NCBI GenBank assembly: GCA_041666225.1
Contig: JBAYHJ010000001.1
Coordinates: forward strand, 65,881-129,880
Reading direction: 5' to 3'
Source: Minisyncoccota bacterium
Lineage (GTDB): Bacteria > Patescibacteriota > Minisyncoccia > Phycocordibacterales > UBA9973
Length of the DNA stretch: 64,000 nt
In this document: one piece after another, positions 35,271 through 45,300 of the stretch
How positions within the stretch are numbered: position 1 is the first letter of the stretch
Layout: each line of letters opens with the position of its first letter
The notes under the pieces: generated by a model
What the model saw: the letters and a program-made list of their open reading frames with translations, nothing else
Told to the model about the DNA's origin: nothing
The model's database searches: none
Position numbers and translations under genes: made by a program

Positions 35271-36476
35271 ATGAACATGGTAAAAATAATAATAGATGAT
35301 AAAAAAATAGATGAAATTTTAAATAGAGGAGTAGAAGAAATTATAGAAAAAGAACATCTAGCTCAAATACTTAAAACAGGTAAACAAATTCGAGTAAAAT
35401 TTGGCATTGACCCAACCGCCCCTGATTTACATCTTGGGCATGGTGTACCACTTAGGAAATTACGCCAATTTCAAGACTTAGGACATAAAGCCGTGCTAAT
35501 AATTGGGGATGCAACCGCTATGGTTGGTGATCCTTCAGGTAGATCAGAGACAAGAAAAATGATTAGTTCTTCAGAAATTAAAAAAAATATGAAAAATTAT
35601 CTAAAACACGCCGGTAAAATTTTAGATATTAAAAAAACAGAAGTTCGTTACAACAGTGATTGGTTAGATAAAAATATGACAACCATACTAGAGCTTTCAA
35701 AAGCCGGAACAATACAACAAGTTTTACATCGTGCTGATTTCAAAAAAAGAATTGATAATAATCAAGATATCACAATTCTTGAGGTTCTATACCCACTACT
35801 TCAGGGATATGATTCCGTCGTTATAAAAGCTGACCTTGAAATTGGTGGAACAGATCAAAAATTTAATTTATTGATGGGACGCCGTGTTCAACGTTTTTAT
35901 CAAATGAAAGAACAAGATGTTTTAACCCTACCTCTTCTTGAGGGTACTGATGGAGTAAAGAAGATGAGCAAGTCTTATGGTAATTATATTTCTTTAGACG
36001 AGAAACCAAATGATATGTTTGGTAAACTGATGTCTATATCAGACAATCTTATCGCAAAATATATGAAACTTTGCACAGATATTTCTTTGTCAGAGATAGA
36101 ACAAATTGAAAACGGTATAGCCAAGCAACTTATAAATCCTAAAGAGGCAAAAATTAAACTCGCTTTAAATATAATAAAAACTTATCACAATGAAAAAGAA
36201 GCAGTAGAAGCTCAAAAAGTTTGGGAGAAAACTTTTTCAAAAAAAGAAATTCCTGAAGAAGTCTTGGAAATAAGTGCAACCAAAGATGATTTATTGGTAG
36301 ATGTCTTATTGAAGAATAAAATGATTTCCTCAAAAAGTGATTTTCGTAGATTGGTTGGAGAAAAAGCCATAACTAACTTGGATACTAACGAAAAAATTTC
36401 TTCCAACACAGAAAAGGTAAAGAAGGGGACATATCGTATTGGTAAAAAAAGATTTTGTCGAATTAAAATAATATAA
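35271..36476 (+). CDS. tyrS: Tyrosine--tRNA ligase
   Basis: HLGH (PDLHLGHG), GDATAMVGDPSGR, KMSKS, and a C-terminal S4-like tail. Confidence 0.85.
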   Translation: MNMVKIIIDDKKIDEILNRGVEEIIEKEHLAQILKTGKQIRVKFGIDPTAPDLHLGHGVPLRKLRQFQDLGHKAVLIIGDATAMVGDPSGRSETRKMISSSEIKKNMKNYLKHAGKILDIKKTEVRYNSDWLDKNMTTILELSKAGTIQQVLHRADFKKRIDNNQDITILEVLYPLLQGYDSVVIKADLEIGGTDQKFNLLMGRRVQRFYQMKEQDVLTLPLLEGTDGVKKMSKSYGNYISLDEKPNDMFGKLMSISDNLIAKYMKLCTDISLSEIEQIENGIAKQLINPKEAKIKLALNIIKTYHNEKEAVEAQKVWEKTFSKKEIPEEVLEISATKDDLLVDVLLKNKMISSKSDFRRLVGEKAITNLDTNEKISSNTEKVKKGTYRIGKKRFCRIKII

Positions 36477-36482
36477 AAATAA

Positions 36483-36510
36483 AACCCTCTGATTTAGAGG
36501 GTTTTATTTT
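36483..36510. terminator. Bidirectional terminator hairpin (aaAACCCTCTgatttAGAGGGTTttatttt)
   Basis: 8-bp stem with a T-run. It sits between convergent tyrS and a small minus-strand ORF. Confidence 0.65.
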
Positions 36511-36514
36511 TATA

Positions 36515-36679
36515 TTATTCTGTGTCTTCTGACATTTTAAATTCCTCACTTAAAAGATCATCATCTTCTAGTAAGTCATCGTCAATCGGGTCACTAAAAC
36601 CATCTAGGGTTTCAAGGTCTTCTTCCTCTTCCTCACTATCAACGTCTAATTTTAATTCTTCATCATCTATATAACTCAT
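36515..36679 (-). CDS. Small highly acidic protein (54 aa, ~45% D/E); not in the supplied ORF track (<60 aa)
   Basis: MSYIDDEELKLDVDSEEEEEDLETLDGFSDPIDDDLLEDDDLLSEEFKMSEDTE, an open frame sharing the terminator with tyrS. Confidence 0.3.
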   Translation of the reverse strand: MSYIDDEELKLDVDSEEEEEDLETLDGFSDPIDDDLLEDDDLLSEEFKMSEDTE

Positions 36680-36742
36680 ATTTAATAAGTTAAATTATAA
36701 TGCATTATTTGTATCAAAATATAATTTTCTTTGCAATACCTT

Positions 36743-37234
36743 TTATTTGTGGATAAGTTTAAAACCCTCACAAGCAAGACAAGTAAGCCCTATGGCGACC
36801 GCATCCAACTCATCATCTGATTTTATCTCTTTATTTATATCTATTAATTTGGGAATCATAGACATGACATTTTCTTTACTAGCTTTTCCATAGCCAGTAA
36901 CAGCTACTTTAATCTGCGGTGGAGTGTATTCATAAACAGTCAGACCATTTTTTGCGGCCGTATAGACGATAACTCCACGAGCTTCCGACACCCCCATAAC
37001 TGTTTTTTGATTGGTTGTAAAATAAAGTTTTTCGATTGCCAAATTTTCTGGTTTATACTTTTTAATTATTTTTTCAATTTCAAGTCCGATGTCTCGCAGT
37101 CTTTCTGGAAAAGGAATTTTTGCAGAAGTTTTAAAACATGAGGAATAAATAAGAATATCTTTTTTTAAAAAAGTTTTTTCAATGACAGCTATTCCGATTC
37201 TTTCAAACCCTGGATCAATTGCTAATATTTTCAT
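36743..37234 (-). CDS. ruvC: Holliday junction resolvase RuvC
   Basis: MKILAIDPGFERIGIAV... with catalytic D/E. Confidence 0.85.
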   Translation of the reverse strand: MKILAIDPGFERIGIAVIEKTFLKKDILIYSSCFKTSAKIPFPERLRDIGLEIEKIIKKYKPENLAIEKLYFTTNQKTVMGVSEARGVIVYTAAKNGLTVYEYTPPQIKVAVTGYGKASKENVMSMIPKLIDINKEIKSDDELDAVAIGLTCLACEGFKLIHK

Positions 37235-37252
37235 GAGTAAGTTATAAACTTT

Positions 37253-38275
37253 TTACTTTATGAACTCATACCCTAAATGTTCGTATCCTTTTTTTGTGAC
37301 AATTCTTCCTCTTGTTGTTCTATCAAGTAGACCAAGTTGAATTAAGTATGGTTCCACAACTTCTTCTATGGTAGCTTCTTCTTCACTGGTTGCTGCAGCA
37401 ATGGTTTTTAAACCGACAGGTCCGCCACCAAATTTAGAAATAATAATATCTAAAATTCTTCGATCTGAAGAAGATAAACCGAGTTCATCTATCTCAAGTA
37501 GAGCCAGAGCTTTTTTCACGGCATCTTTGGAAAGTGGGATTTTGTGAACTTGGGCATAGTCACGGCAACGCTTCAGAAAATAATTTGCTGTACGAGGGGT
37601 GAAGCGAGCACGTTTTGATATCTCGTCGAGAGCTTCATTTTCTAAGGTAACTCCAAGTATTTGGGCTGAACGTGCCAAGATTTTTTTTATTTCATCATGA
37701 GAATAAAATTCAAGTCGAAAAACTCCACCAGAGAAACGTGAACGAAGAGGGGATGATAAAAGTGCGATACGAGTGGTGGCTGCGATGAGAGTAAAAGGAG
37801 GAAGTTCAAGTTGGATGGTTCTTGCTGAGGGTCCTTTGCCGATGATGATATCAAGAACCCCGGATTCCATGGCAGGGTAGAGAATTTCTTCAACCATTTT
37901 ATTTAAGCGGTGGATCTCATCAATAAAAACAATATCTCCAGGTGCCAGGTTTGTAAGTATTGATGCAAGGTCACCAACTTTTTCAATTGCAGGACCAGAA
38001 GTAATTTTTATCTGCCTGCGAGTTTCTTTTGCGATCAAATGAGCCAAGGTTGTCTTTCCTAAACCCGGTGGTCCGTAGAAAAGTATATGCTCGGCGGGAT
38101 GAGAGCGCTCTTCAGCAGCAGTTAATAGTATTTTGAGGTTTGCCTTGATATTTTCTTGCCCAATATACTCTTCCCAGACTTCTGGGCGGAGTGTTTGGTC
38201 TAAAAATCCCTCATCCCGACTAGGCACTGAGGACTCCGGACGAATGTGTTTATTTGTTTTGTTTGGGCTTGACAT
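37253..38275 (-). CDS. ruvB: Holliday junction branch-migration ATPase RuvB
   Basis: LFYGPPGLGKTTLAHLIA and DEIHRL. Confidence 0.9.
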   Translation of the reverse strand: MSSPNKTNKHIRPESSVPSRDEGFLDQTLRPEVWEEYIGQENIKANLKILLTAAEERSHPAEHILFYGPPGLGKTTLAHLIAKETRRQIKITSGPAIEKVGDLASILTNLAPGDIVFIDEIHRLNKMVEEILYPAMESGVLDIIIGKGPSARTIQLELPPFTLIAATTRIALLSSPLRSRFSGGVFRLEFYSHDEIKKILARSAQILGVTLENEALDEISKRARFTPRTANYFLKRCRDYAQVHKIPLSKDAVKKALALLEIDELGLSSSDRRILDIIISKFGGGPVGLKTIAAATSEEEATIEEVVEPYLIQLGLLDRTTRGRIVTKKGYEHLGYEFIK

Positions 38276-38535
38276 TATTTTTTAAGTATGATATACTCTT
38301 TTTATAAGTTTGATATGTTTTTATTATAGCATTTTAATTAAGAGGATATAAATCTCTAAGCAATCGGCCCCGTGCTCTATATTTGTGCATAGGACGTTCT
38401 GGTTTATGTAAATTTTCTGGATCTATCCTGTAATCCTGTATTACTTTGTAAGTGTATGCTCTCAAAGGATTGTTTAGAGATTTATGTTTTCTTAAAAATA
38501 CTCCACCGGTTCAAGTCGGTGGGGTATTTAATACC

Positions 38536-38564
38536 TTGACTTTTTCAATCTAATAGTGTATAAT
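38536..38564 (+). promoter_or_regulatory. Consensus sigma70 promoter TTGACT-17-TATAAT
   Basis: Exact -35/-10 with a 17-nt spacer; a ~70-nt leader with AAAGGAAA precedes the ATG at 38643. Confidence 0.6.
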
Positions 38565-38642
38565 CACGAAGAATAAAAAATGTAAATTGAAATTTACAAA
38601 CAAAATGAACATAAACAAATCATAAAAGAAAGGAAACAAAAA

Positions 38643-39257
38643 ATGAAAAAAACTATGATTGCCTTAATTGGGTTAATTATTATTGTTGCTAATAGTTGTA
38701 AAACTATTGAAGTAACAAGTACTGGGCCTTCAACTGAAGCCCAGGAATTAAACCTGAACCTGATACCTTGGACTAATCAGATTCCTGGAATCACCGACAA
38801 TGATCCTATAAGTTTTTACAATGAAATGGAAATAAAGGTAAAAGCGCTTACCCCAGATGAAAAATGGGTCTTAAAAGATGGATACGGGGAGTATGTGGAC
38901 AATGCAATGCTGGATGGCTTCACTGTTCCAGCTAAAACAAAAGGAGCATTGTTGAAGGGAGGAATATCTATAGAAAAAAACATTATAACTTATAAAATTT
39001 GTTTTTTTGAAGAAGGGGATGATACTTATTTTGTTTGGAAACAGTCACTGCAAAATGGTTATTTTTCTCTTGAAAAAAGGGCAACAATTTATGTAGAGGG
39101 TATTCCCTTTAATGTTGAGCTTCCTCCAGGTTTTGAAAAAAATAAATTATTTTGGAACACGGGGTTTTCTAACAACACAAAAACAACGGAGCGTGTTGCA
39201 ACAGGAAGATCTGTCTCTGGAACAAAAGAGATAGAAATAAAAAAAAGAAACAAATAA
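38643..39257 (+). CDS. Lipoprotein, hypothetical
   Basis: Signal peptide plus lipobox (IIVANSC). Confidence 0.55.
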   Translation: MKKTMIALIGLIIIVANSCKTIEVTSTGPSTEAQELNLNLIPWTNQIPGITDNDPISFYNEMEIKVKALTPDEKWVLKDGYGEYVDNAMLDGFTVPAKTKGALLKGGISIEKNIITYKICFFEEGDDTYFVWKQSLQNGYFSLEKRATIYVEGIPFNVELPPGFEKNKLFWNTGFSNNTKTTERVATGRSVSGTKEIEIKKRNK

Positions 39258-39282
39258 TTTTTTAAATTTATTTTGTTGAAAC

Positions 39283-39312
39283 AAAAAACCGGATTTTAGT
39301 ATCCGGTTTTTT
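39283..39312. terminator. Bidirectional terminator (aaaaaaCCGGATtttagtATCCGGtttttt)
   Basis: 6-bp GC stem, A-run and T-run, between convergent genes. Confidence 0.65.
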
Positions 39313-39328
39313 AACGCCTAGTAGGGAT

Positions 39329-41029
39329 TTATTCCTCAATCAAATCAACCGCACTTCCGACTTCTTCAAGAGAAGTAATTCCTTTTAAGACTTTTACAAT
39401 ACCATCCTCTTTCATATTTAGTGTACCTTGGTTTGCGGCAATCTTTTTAATCTCACGCTCACTTGGATTTTGAGGAATTATTTTTTCAATCTCGGCATCA
39501 TTATAAATAGCTTCAAATATTCCCATCTGCCCACTATAGCCAGTACGGTTGCATTTATCACAACCAACCGATTCATATATTTTAAGTGGAGCATTTACAT
39601 CTATATCATAACTTGAGAAATCTTTATTGTGATTTTTAGCTTCTTCTAATATATTTTTTATTATTTTAGTTTCCTTTTCGGTAATTTCTTTTTCTTTTTT
39701 ACAGTCATTACAAAGTTTTCTGATCAAACGCTGAGCGATAGAAAGCGACAAAGCCGAGACTAAAGTCTTTGGGTTAACATCAAGGTCAATCAAGCGGGGA
39801 ATAACACCAGCGGCATTGTTGGTGTGGAGTGTCGAGAAAACCAAATGCCCAGTCAAAGCTGACTCGACGGCCGTCTTTGCCGTCTCAGCATCACGGATTT
39901 CTCCGACCATGATTACGTCGGGGTCTTGGCGAAGAGCTGAGCGTAAACCTTCTAAGAAGGTGTAACCCTTTTCATCGTCAGTTTGAGTTTGAGAGATTCC
40001 ATGTAAATGATATTCAATCGGGTCCTCTATTGTAATTATTTTTATTTCCTCGGAATAAATTCTTTGTAAAAAAGAGTAAAGAGTTGTGGTTTTACCTGAA
40101 CCAGTAGGACCAGTCAGAAGAATAAGTCCATTTGGTTTTTTTATTTCATTCATAAAAATCTCAAATAATTTTGGCTCTATACCCATGTCTTCTAGTTTTA
40201 CCCGTATTGACTTTGGATTTAAGATTCGGAGAACGATGGATTCACCATATGCCCCAGGCATGATAGACACACGAAGACTGATTTCACTTTGGTCGAGGAA
40301 TATACTAAAGCGACCATCTTGAGCTACAGCCGAAGTAGTTATTTTAAGTCCAGAGATGAGTTTGATTCTTGAATTTATAAATTTGTGAACAAAAGGAGGA
40401 AGCTCCATAACTTCATGAAGGACTCCATCGAGACGAAGTCTGAGTCTGACTGTCTCTTCTTCTGGTTCGAAGTGAACGTCAGATGCGTTGATGGCGATGG
40501 CTCCAGCTAGAACAATTTCAAGTATATGTGAGGTTGTGTGAGTTTTATCTTTTTCGGCTTCATTGATGGCATTTTTTATGTCATCCATATTTTTTATTCC
40601 AGCCATTAATTTTTTTAGGACATCACCAGAAATAGTCACAGCCCCGATCTTTGATTCAGAAGCATAAGATATTTCTTTGTATCTATCCCAAGCCTTTTCT
40701 AAACTGGAAAGGGAAGCCATATAAAAATGAGGAGTGAATTCGTGTTCTTCAAAGTAAGTTTTTAAACTTTCCAATTTTTCTGGTTGAGGAGAACGAACGG
40801 CAACGTGAATATTTTTACCAACCAACTTAAAAGGAGCTATTTCTAGAGAAATAGCATCTTTTTCTGGAATAGAACGAAGGGCATTGTTGTCGATAACTAC
40901 TCCAAGTAGGTTGATAGGGGGGATTCCATACCTAGCTTCAGCTAAAACTTCCACCAAATCTTCCTCTTCTTGTTTTCTTAGGTCTTCTAAATTTTTTTGT
41001 TGCTTTTCGTCGTCAAATTGAATTACCAT
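39329..41029 (-). CDS. pilB: Type II secretion/type IV pilus assembly ATPase (GspE/PilB family)
   Basis: Walker A LLTGPTGSGKTTTLYS, GEIRD, His box, and a C-terminal CNDC...CDKC zinc motif; 566 aa. Confidence 0.8.
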   Translation of the reverse strand: MVIQFDDEKQQKNLEDLRKQEEEDLVEVLAEARYGIPPINLLGVVIDNNALRSIPEKDAISLEIAPFKLVGKNIHVAVRSPQPEKLESLKTYFEEHEFTPHFYMASLSSLEKAWDRYKEISYASESKIGAVTISGDVLKKLMAGIKNMDDIKNAINEAEKDKTHTTSHILEIVLAGAIAINASDVHFEPEEETVRLRLRLDGVLHEVMELPPFVHKFINSRIKLISGLKITTSAVAQDGRFSIFLDQSEISLRVSIMPGAYGESIVLRILNPKSIRVKLEDMGIEPKLFEIFMNEIKKPNGLILLTGPTGSGKTTTLYSFLQRIYSEEIKIITIEDPIEYHLHGISQTQTDDEKGYTFLEGLRSALRQDPDVIMVGEIRDAETAKTAVESALTGHLVFSTLHTNNAAGVIPRLIDLDVNPKTLVSALSLSIAQRLIRKLCNDCKKEKEITEKETKIIKNILEEAKNHNKDFSSYDIDVNAPLKIYESVGCDKCNRTGYSGQMGIFEAIYNDAEIEKIIPQNPSEREIKKIAANQGTLNMKEDGIVKVLKGITSLEEVGSAVDLIEE

Positions 41030-41068
41030 ATTGGTTTATTATAGCTTATGGGGATACTAAAAACACAC

Positions 41069-41097
41069 TTGACATTTGTTGCCTAATATGATACTAT
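41069..41097 (+). promoter_or_regulatory. Promoter-like TTGACA-17-TACTAT; near-duplicate of the promoter at 42277
   Basis: ttgacatttgttgcctaatatgatactat versus ttgacattttgctgttaatatgctatactat. Confidence 0.4.
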
Positions 41098-41210
41098 ATG
41101 CTCAAATGTTAGTTTTCTAGTTTGGTCTTATTTCTTTCTCAGAAATTGCTTTTTGGGAGGTGAATAAAACCAAATATAGAAAACAAATAAAAACAAATAA
41201 AAACAAGACC

Positions 41211-42077
41211 ATGAAAACAAAATACGTAGTATTTTTGATTCTGACCTTTATAGGATTAGAATCAACAGCCCAGAATGGGCATCTTTACCCAACTGTAATG
41301 CCTGTAAAAGAAAACGGCTACAGTGGTTGGGAATTTGAAAATTTTGCACTCGGTGGGAGTTCAATTTCTCAGGACTACAAAGAGAAAATTGTAGATCGTG
41401 TAAAACAATTCTGTAGTGATGTCGGAGTATATCCTACAGATGAAAATGGTAATCCACTTAGAACTACTGATGATTGGGTTCGTTGGACATTTTCACCTGG
41501 TCGTACTTGGGTTGAGGACAGAACTTATGATAATGGGTTCTGGAATTCTCATCAAAGTTCCGATGGGAGAAAAGTTGTTCTCTATTGGGATAAGCGTCCA
41601 TTTCGTGGACCTGTTTTAGTTCTTCATGTTGAAGGATATGAACTTGATTTAGGTAAAACAGCTTGCGCTAACTTTGTGAAAGTTTCATATGTTGTGAAAA
41701 AAAAGGAACAATTTCAAACTGAACAAAGACAGCCTAGTGGAACGATTGAGGATAATAATAGATCAAAAGAGTCAATTTTTTCTCCATCATTATCATTAGA
41801 AAACCAAACTTTTACTATTCCACCACAAAAAATCACCACTACAAAAAAAGTGGTTGATTGGAAAAAAGTTGCTATTGCCTCAGCTATTATTACTGCTGTT
41901 GGAATAGGTACCGGTGTAGTTATTAACAATTGGGACAATTTGTTTGGAAAACCAACCACCATAGTAACCACTACTACTCCAACTGGTCATGGAAATGACC
42001 CATCTGGACATGGGAAAAGTTTGCCTGTGCCCACCATTCCCACAAAGTATCAGGTGGGAATATCATTAAGACTATAA
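41211..42077 (+). CDS. Secreted/membrane-anchored hypothetical protein
   Basis: Signal peptide MKTKYVVFLILTFIGLESTA, a C-terminal TM, and a T/P-rich tail. The track starts at GTG 41160. Confidence 0.45.
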   Translation: MKTKYVVFLILTFIGLESTAQNGHLYPTVMPVKENGYSGWEFENFALGGSSISQDYKEKIVDRVKQFCSDVGVYPTDENGNPLRTTDDWVRWTFSPGRTWVEDRTYDNGFWNSHQSSDGRKVVLYWDKRPFRGPVLVLHVEGYELDLGKTACANFVKVSYVVKKKEQFQTEQRQPSGTIEDNNRSKESIFSPSLSLENQTFTIPPQKITTTKKVVDWKKVAIASAIITAVGIGTGVVINNWDNLFGKPTTIVTTTTPTGHGNDPSGHGKSLPVPTIPTKYQVGISLRL

Positions 42078-42085
42078 GTTCTTTT

Positions 42086-42115
42086 ATTTTTGTCTGAAAT
42101 CTCTCCAGACAAAAA
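42086..42115. terminator. Hairpin terminator (tttTGTCTGaaatctctcCAGACAaaaa)
   Basis: 6-bp stem, T-run and A-run. Confidence 0.45.
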
Positions 42116-42276
42116 TTAAGTTTGATTAAAAAACAAGATAGAGAGATATCGCGTAGGGAGGAGTAGATTTTATTTTTTATCTTCTCCCTTGCTTTTTTAA
42201 GCTTTTAAGGTTAATTTAATACTTTAAAAGTTTAAAATTGCAAAGTTAATAAAAGACAGTTTATATAGTAACACCA

Positions 42277-42305
42277 TTGACATTTTGCTGTTAATATGCT
42301 ATACT
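42277..42305 (+). promoter_or_regulatory. Sigma70-like promoter TTGACA-17-TATACT
   Basis: Consensus -35, extended TGcTATACT. Confidence 0.5.
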
Positions 42306-42377
42306 ATATAGGTAAGTTTTAAATTAAAAATTAAACCGCAGTCACGGTTTAAATGAAAATTTTTATAAGTAAATTAT

Positions 42378-45300
42378 ATGAAAAATTATATGAAAAAAAT
42401 AATAGTCGGAATTTTAAGTTTTGTTTTCCTTTTTGTGGGACAAAATGTTTTTGCTGCTACTATTTGGAATACAGGATCAGGTGGCCCCGAATGTCCAGAT
42501 ATAAATATTGCAAACTATACTACTAATACCGGATATGGTTCTCCTTGTTGGACAGGGACAAACATAAACGCCAATCCTGGTGATACTATAAATGTAAAAA
42601 TTTATTATCATAATACAAGTAATACAACTGCTACAAACACAGTTATTAAACTAGTTGCTCCTACTGGATCTTCTACTAACCATTCATTCACTGCTCAAAT
42701 TGTTTCACCTCAAGGAAGTTTATATTCTGCTCCTGTAACAGTAACTATTCCCTCATCCCAAACACTAAGTTTTGGTTCAACAATTTGGTATACAAAACCA
42801 GATCCTATTAATCAGCCAAATTATTTAGCACCAACTCCACTATTAAATGGACAAAATGGAGCTGATGTTATTAGCACAAACGGAGGTTTATATATTGGAA
42901 ATATTGCTTCAGGTTGGACAACCCAAGGAGCTGTTGTTGTCAGTTTTAAAGTAAGTAATACAACTACAAATTCAAATTGTACACTATCTAGTTTTTCCGC
43001 AAATCCTTCAACTATAAATCCAGGGCAATCTTCTACTCTCACTTGGGGTATGGCTAACTGTGCGTTAGTTAAACTTTATGATGGGCCTACTTTGATTGGA
43101 GTTTACAATAGTCCTCAAACACAAACATCTGTCTCTCCAGTATCTACGACAAATTACAACCTACAAGCTTATAGTTACAAAGGAATATTGAGTGGTTCAA
43201 AAAATACGACAGTCACAGTAAATCCTATTGTTCAACAAATGACTGGAAATATTTCTGTCACACCTCCAGCTTCTACTTCTTGTGTAATCGCCTCGGGGAA
43301 TAGTACTTGTGGAATTTCATTTACATGGACTACCCAAAATCCTGAAGCAGTTTCAGCTGTAACTCACAATGGAGCAACAGTAGCAAATGGGAATAATGGG
43401 ACAAAAACATTTGCAATTTCTAAAGGACCCCAAACTTATTTCTTGTATAATAATACTGTATTATTAGACCAAGAAACTGTTTATGCAAGTTGTGCTGTGA
43501 ATACTTCATGGAACGGATCTTCTTGTGCGCCTACAATTGTTACCAATAATTGTATTATTGATAGTTTTTACGGAGACCCTACCTCAATAACATCGACCCA
43601 AGATTCAACTCTTAAGTGGACATCAAGGGGTTGTAGTTATTTTAAACTCTATGAAGGAACAAATCTAATTAATACTTATTATGGTAATCAACAAATCGTT
43701 TCACCCAATGTAACTACAACTTATACCCTAAAAGCTTATAATTATAATAATATTTTAGGTGATTCAGAAAGTACTACTATCACAGTTAAGGGAATAATTA
43801 TTCCAACTGATACTTGTACGATTAAAGGTTTTACCGCAAGCCCTGATTTTATTAAACAAGGAGGTTATTCAACTCTCGTATGGAGTACAAGTAATTGTGT
43901 GAGTACAAGTATTTCACCAAGTATAGGACCTGTTGTCCCTGTAATTGGAGGTTCTTTAAAAGTTAAACCAATTCAAACTACTACTTATACCTTAACTGCG
44001 ACAGGATCAAATGGTGTTGTTAAAAGACAAACAGTAACAGTTGTCGTTGATTCAATAATAATTTCTGGTTGTAAAATAAAAAACTTTACCGCAAATCCTG
44101 ATTCTATAATGATAAGTGATTATTCTGTCCTTAAATGGGAAACAGAAGGTTGTACAAAAGTAACCATCTCAAATCTTGCATACAATATTCCTACATCAGG
44201 AGAACAAAAAGTTTGGCCAACTCAAACAACAAATTATATATTGAGTGCTGAAGGTGAAAATGGGTTGGGCATGGATGCTCAGGTTACTATTTATGTGAAT
44301 TCAGTTCCTTCCACTTGTAAAATAAATGACTTCGCGGCAAGTGATACATCTATAAACTTAGGTGACTCGTCAACTCTCTCTTGGAGTACAAGTAATTGTG
44401 CCCATGTTGCAATTTCAAATATTGGTAATGTAGACGCAGTTAATTCCAAAGTAGTTTGGCCTGTAATTACAAAAACTTATACTCTAACAGTAGAGAATCA
44501 ATATGGTAGTGTTGTGGATTCAAGAGCGGTCACTATCTATGTGAATGACAATAACAACAATACTTGTAAGATCAATAATTTCACCGCAAGTGATACAAGT
44601 ATAGACGATGGAGATTCTTCAACATTACACTGGAATACAACAAACTGTGAACGTATAAAAATTTCAGATGTTGGTGACTATCTATCTGACGATGGAAGTG
44701 AAACTGTTTCTCCAAATGAAGATACCACATATGTTTTGACTGCCTATGATTCAAACGGCACACACGATACAGCTTCCGTAAGAATATATGTAGATAACAA
44801 CAACAATAATGATAATGATTGTTCTATTGATAGTTATTCTGCCAGCGATACATACATAAGTCGTGGTGATGATGTTACTCTAAGATGGAGGACAACTGAT
44901 TGTGATGATGTAAGTATTACAAACGTTGGAGATGTTAATGATGATGGAAGTGAAACTGTTTCTCCTTATAGTACAACAACTTATGTCTTGAGAGCTTATG
45001 GTAATCATGGTAGTGATTCTGAATCAATAAAAATAAATGTTGATTACAATAATTATGAAACTGACAATACAAATGTAGTTACAACAATTGCGACAAATAT
45101 TTCTCAAAATAGTGCTCAAGTAAATGGTCTTATCACAAACACAAATTATAATAGTGCAAGTACATATTTTGAATATGGTACAAATGTCACTCTTGGTATG
45201 AGAACCTCGTCTCGTAATGTCAGTGGTAGTACTAACTTTAGCGAATACTTAACTAATTTAAGTCCAAATACAATCTATTATTTCCGAGCAGTTGGCGAAG

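Noticed and set aside
38276-38535. tmRNA / RNase P RNA / SRP RNA in the ruvB-lipoprotein spacer
   Set aside because: No tRNA-like acceptor/T-arm, no P4 pseudoknot-like conserved stretches, and no SRP GGAA tetraloop motif were found. It is kept only as a generic sRNA candidate.
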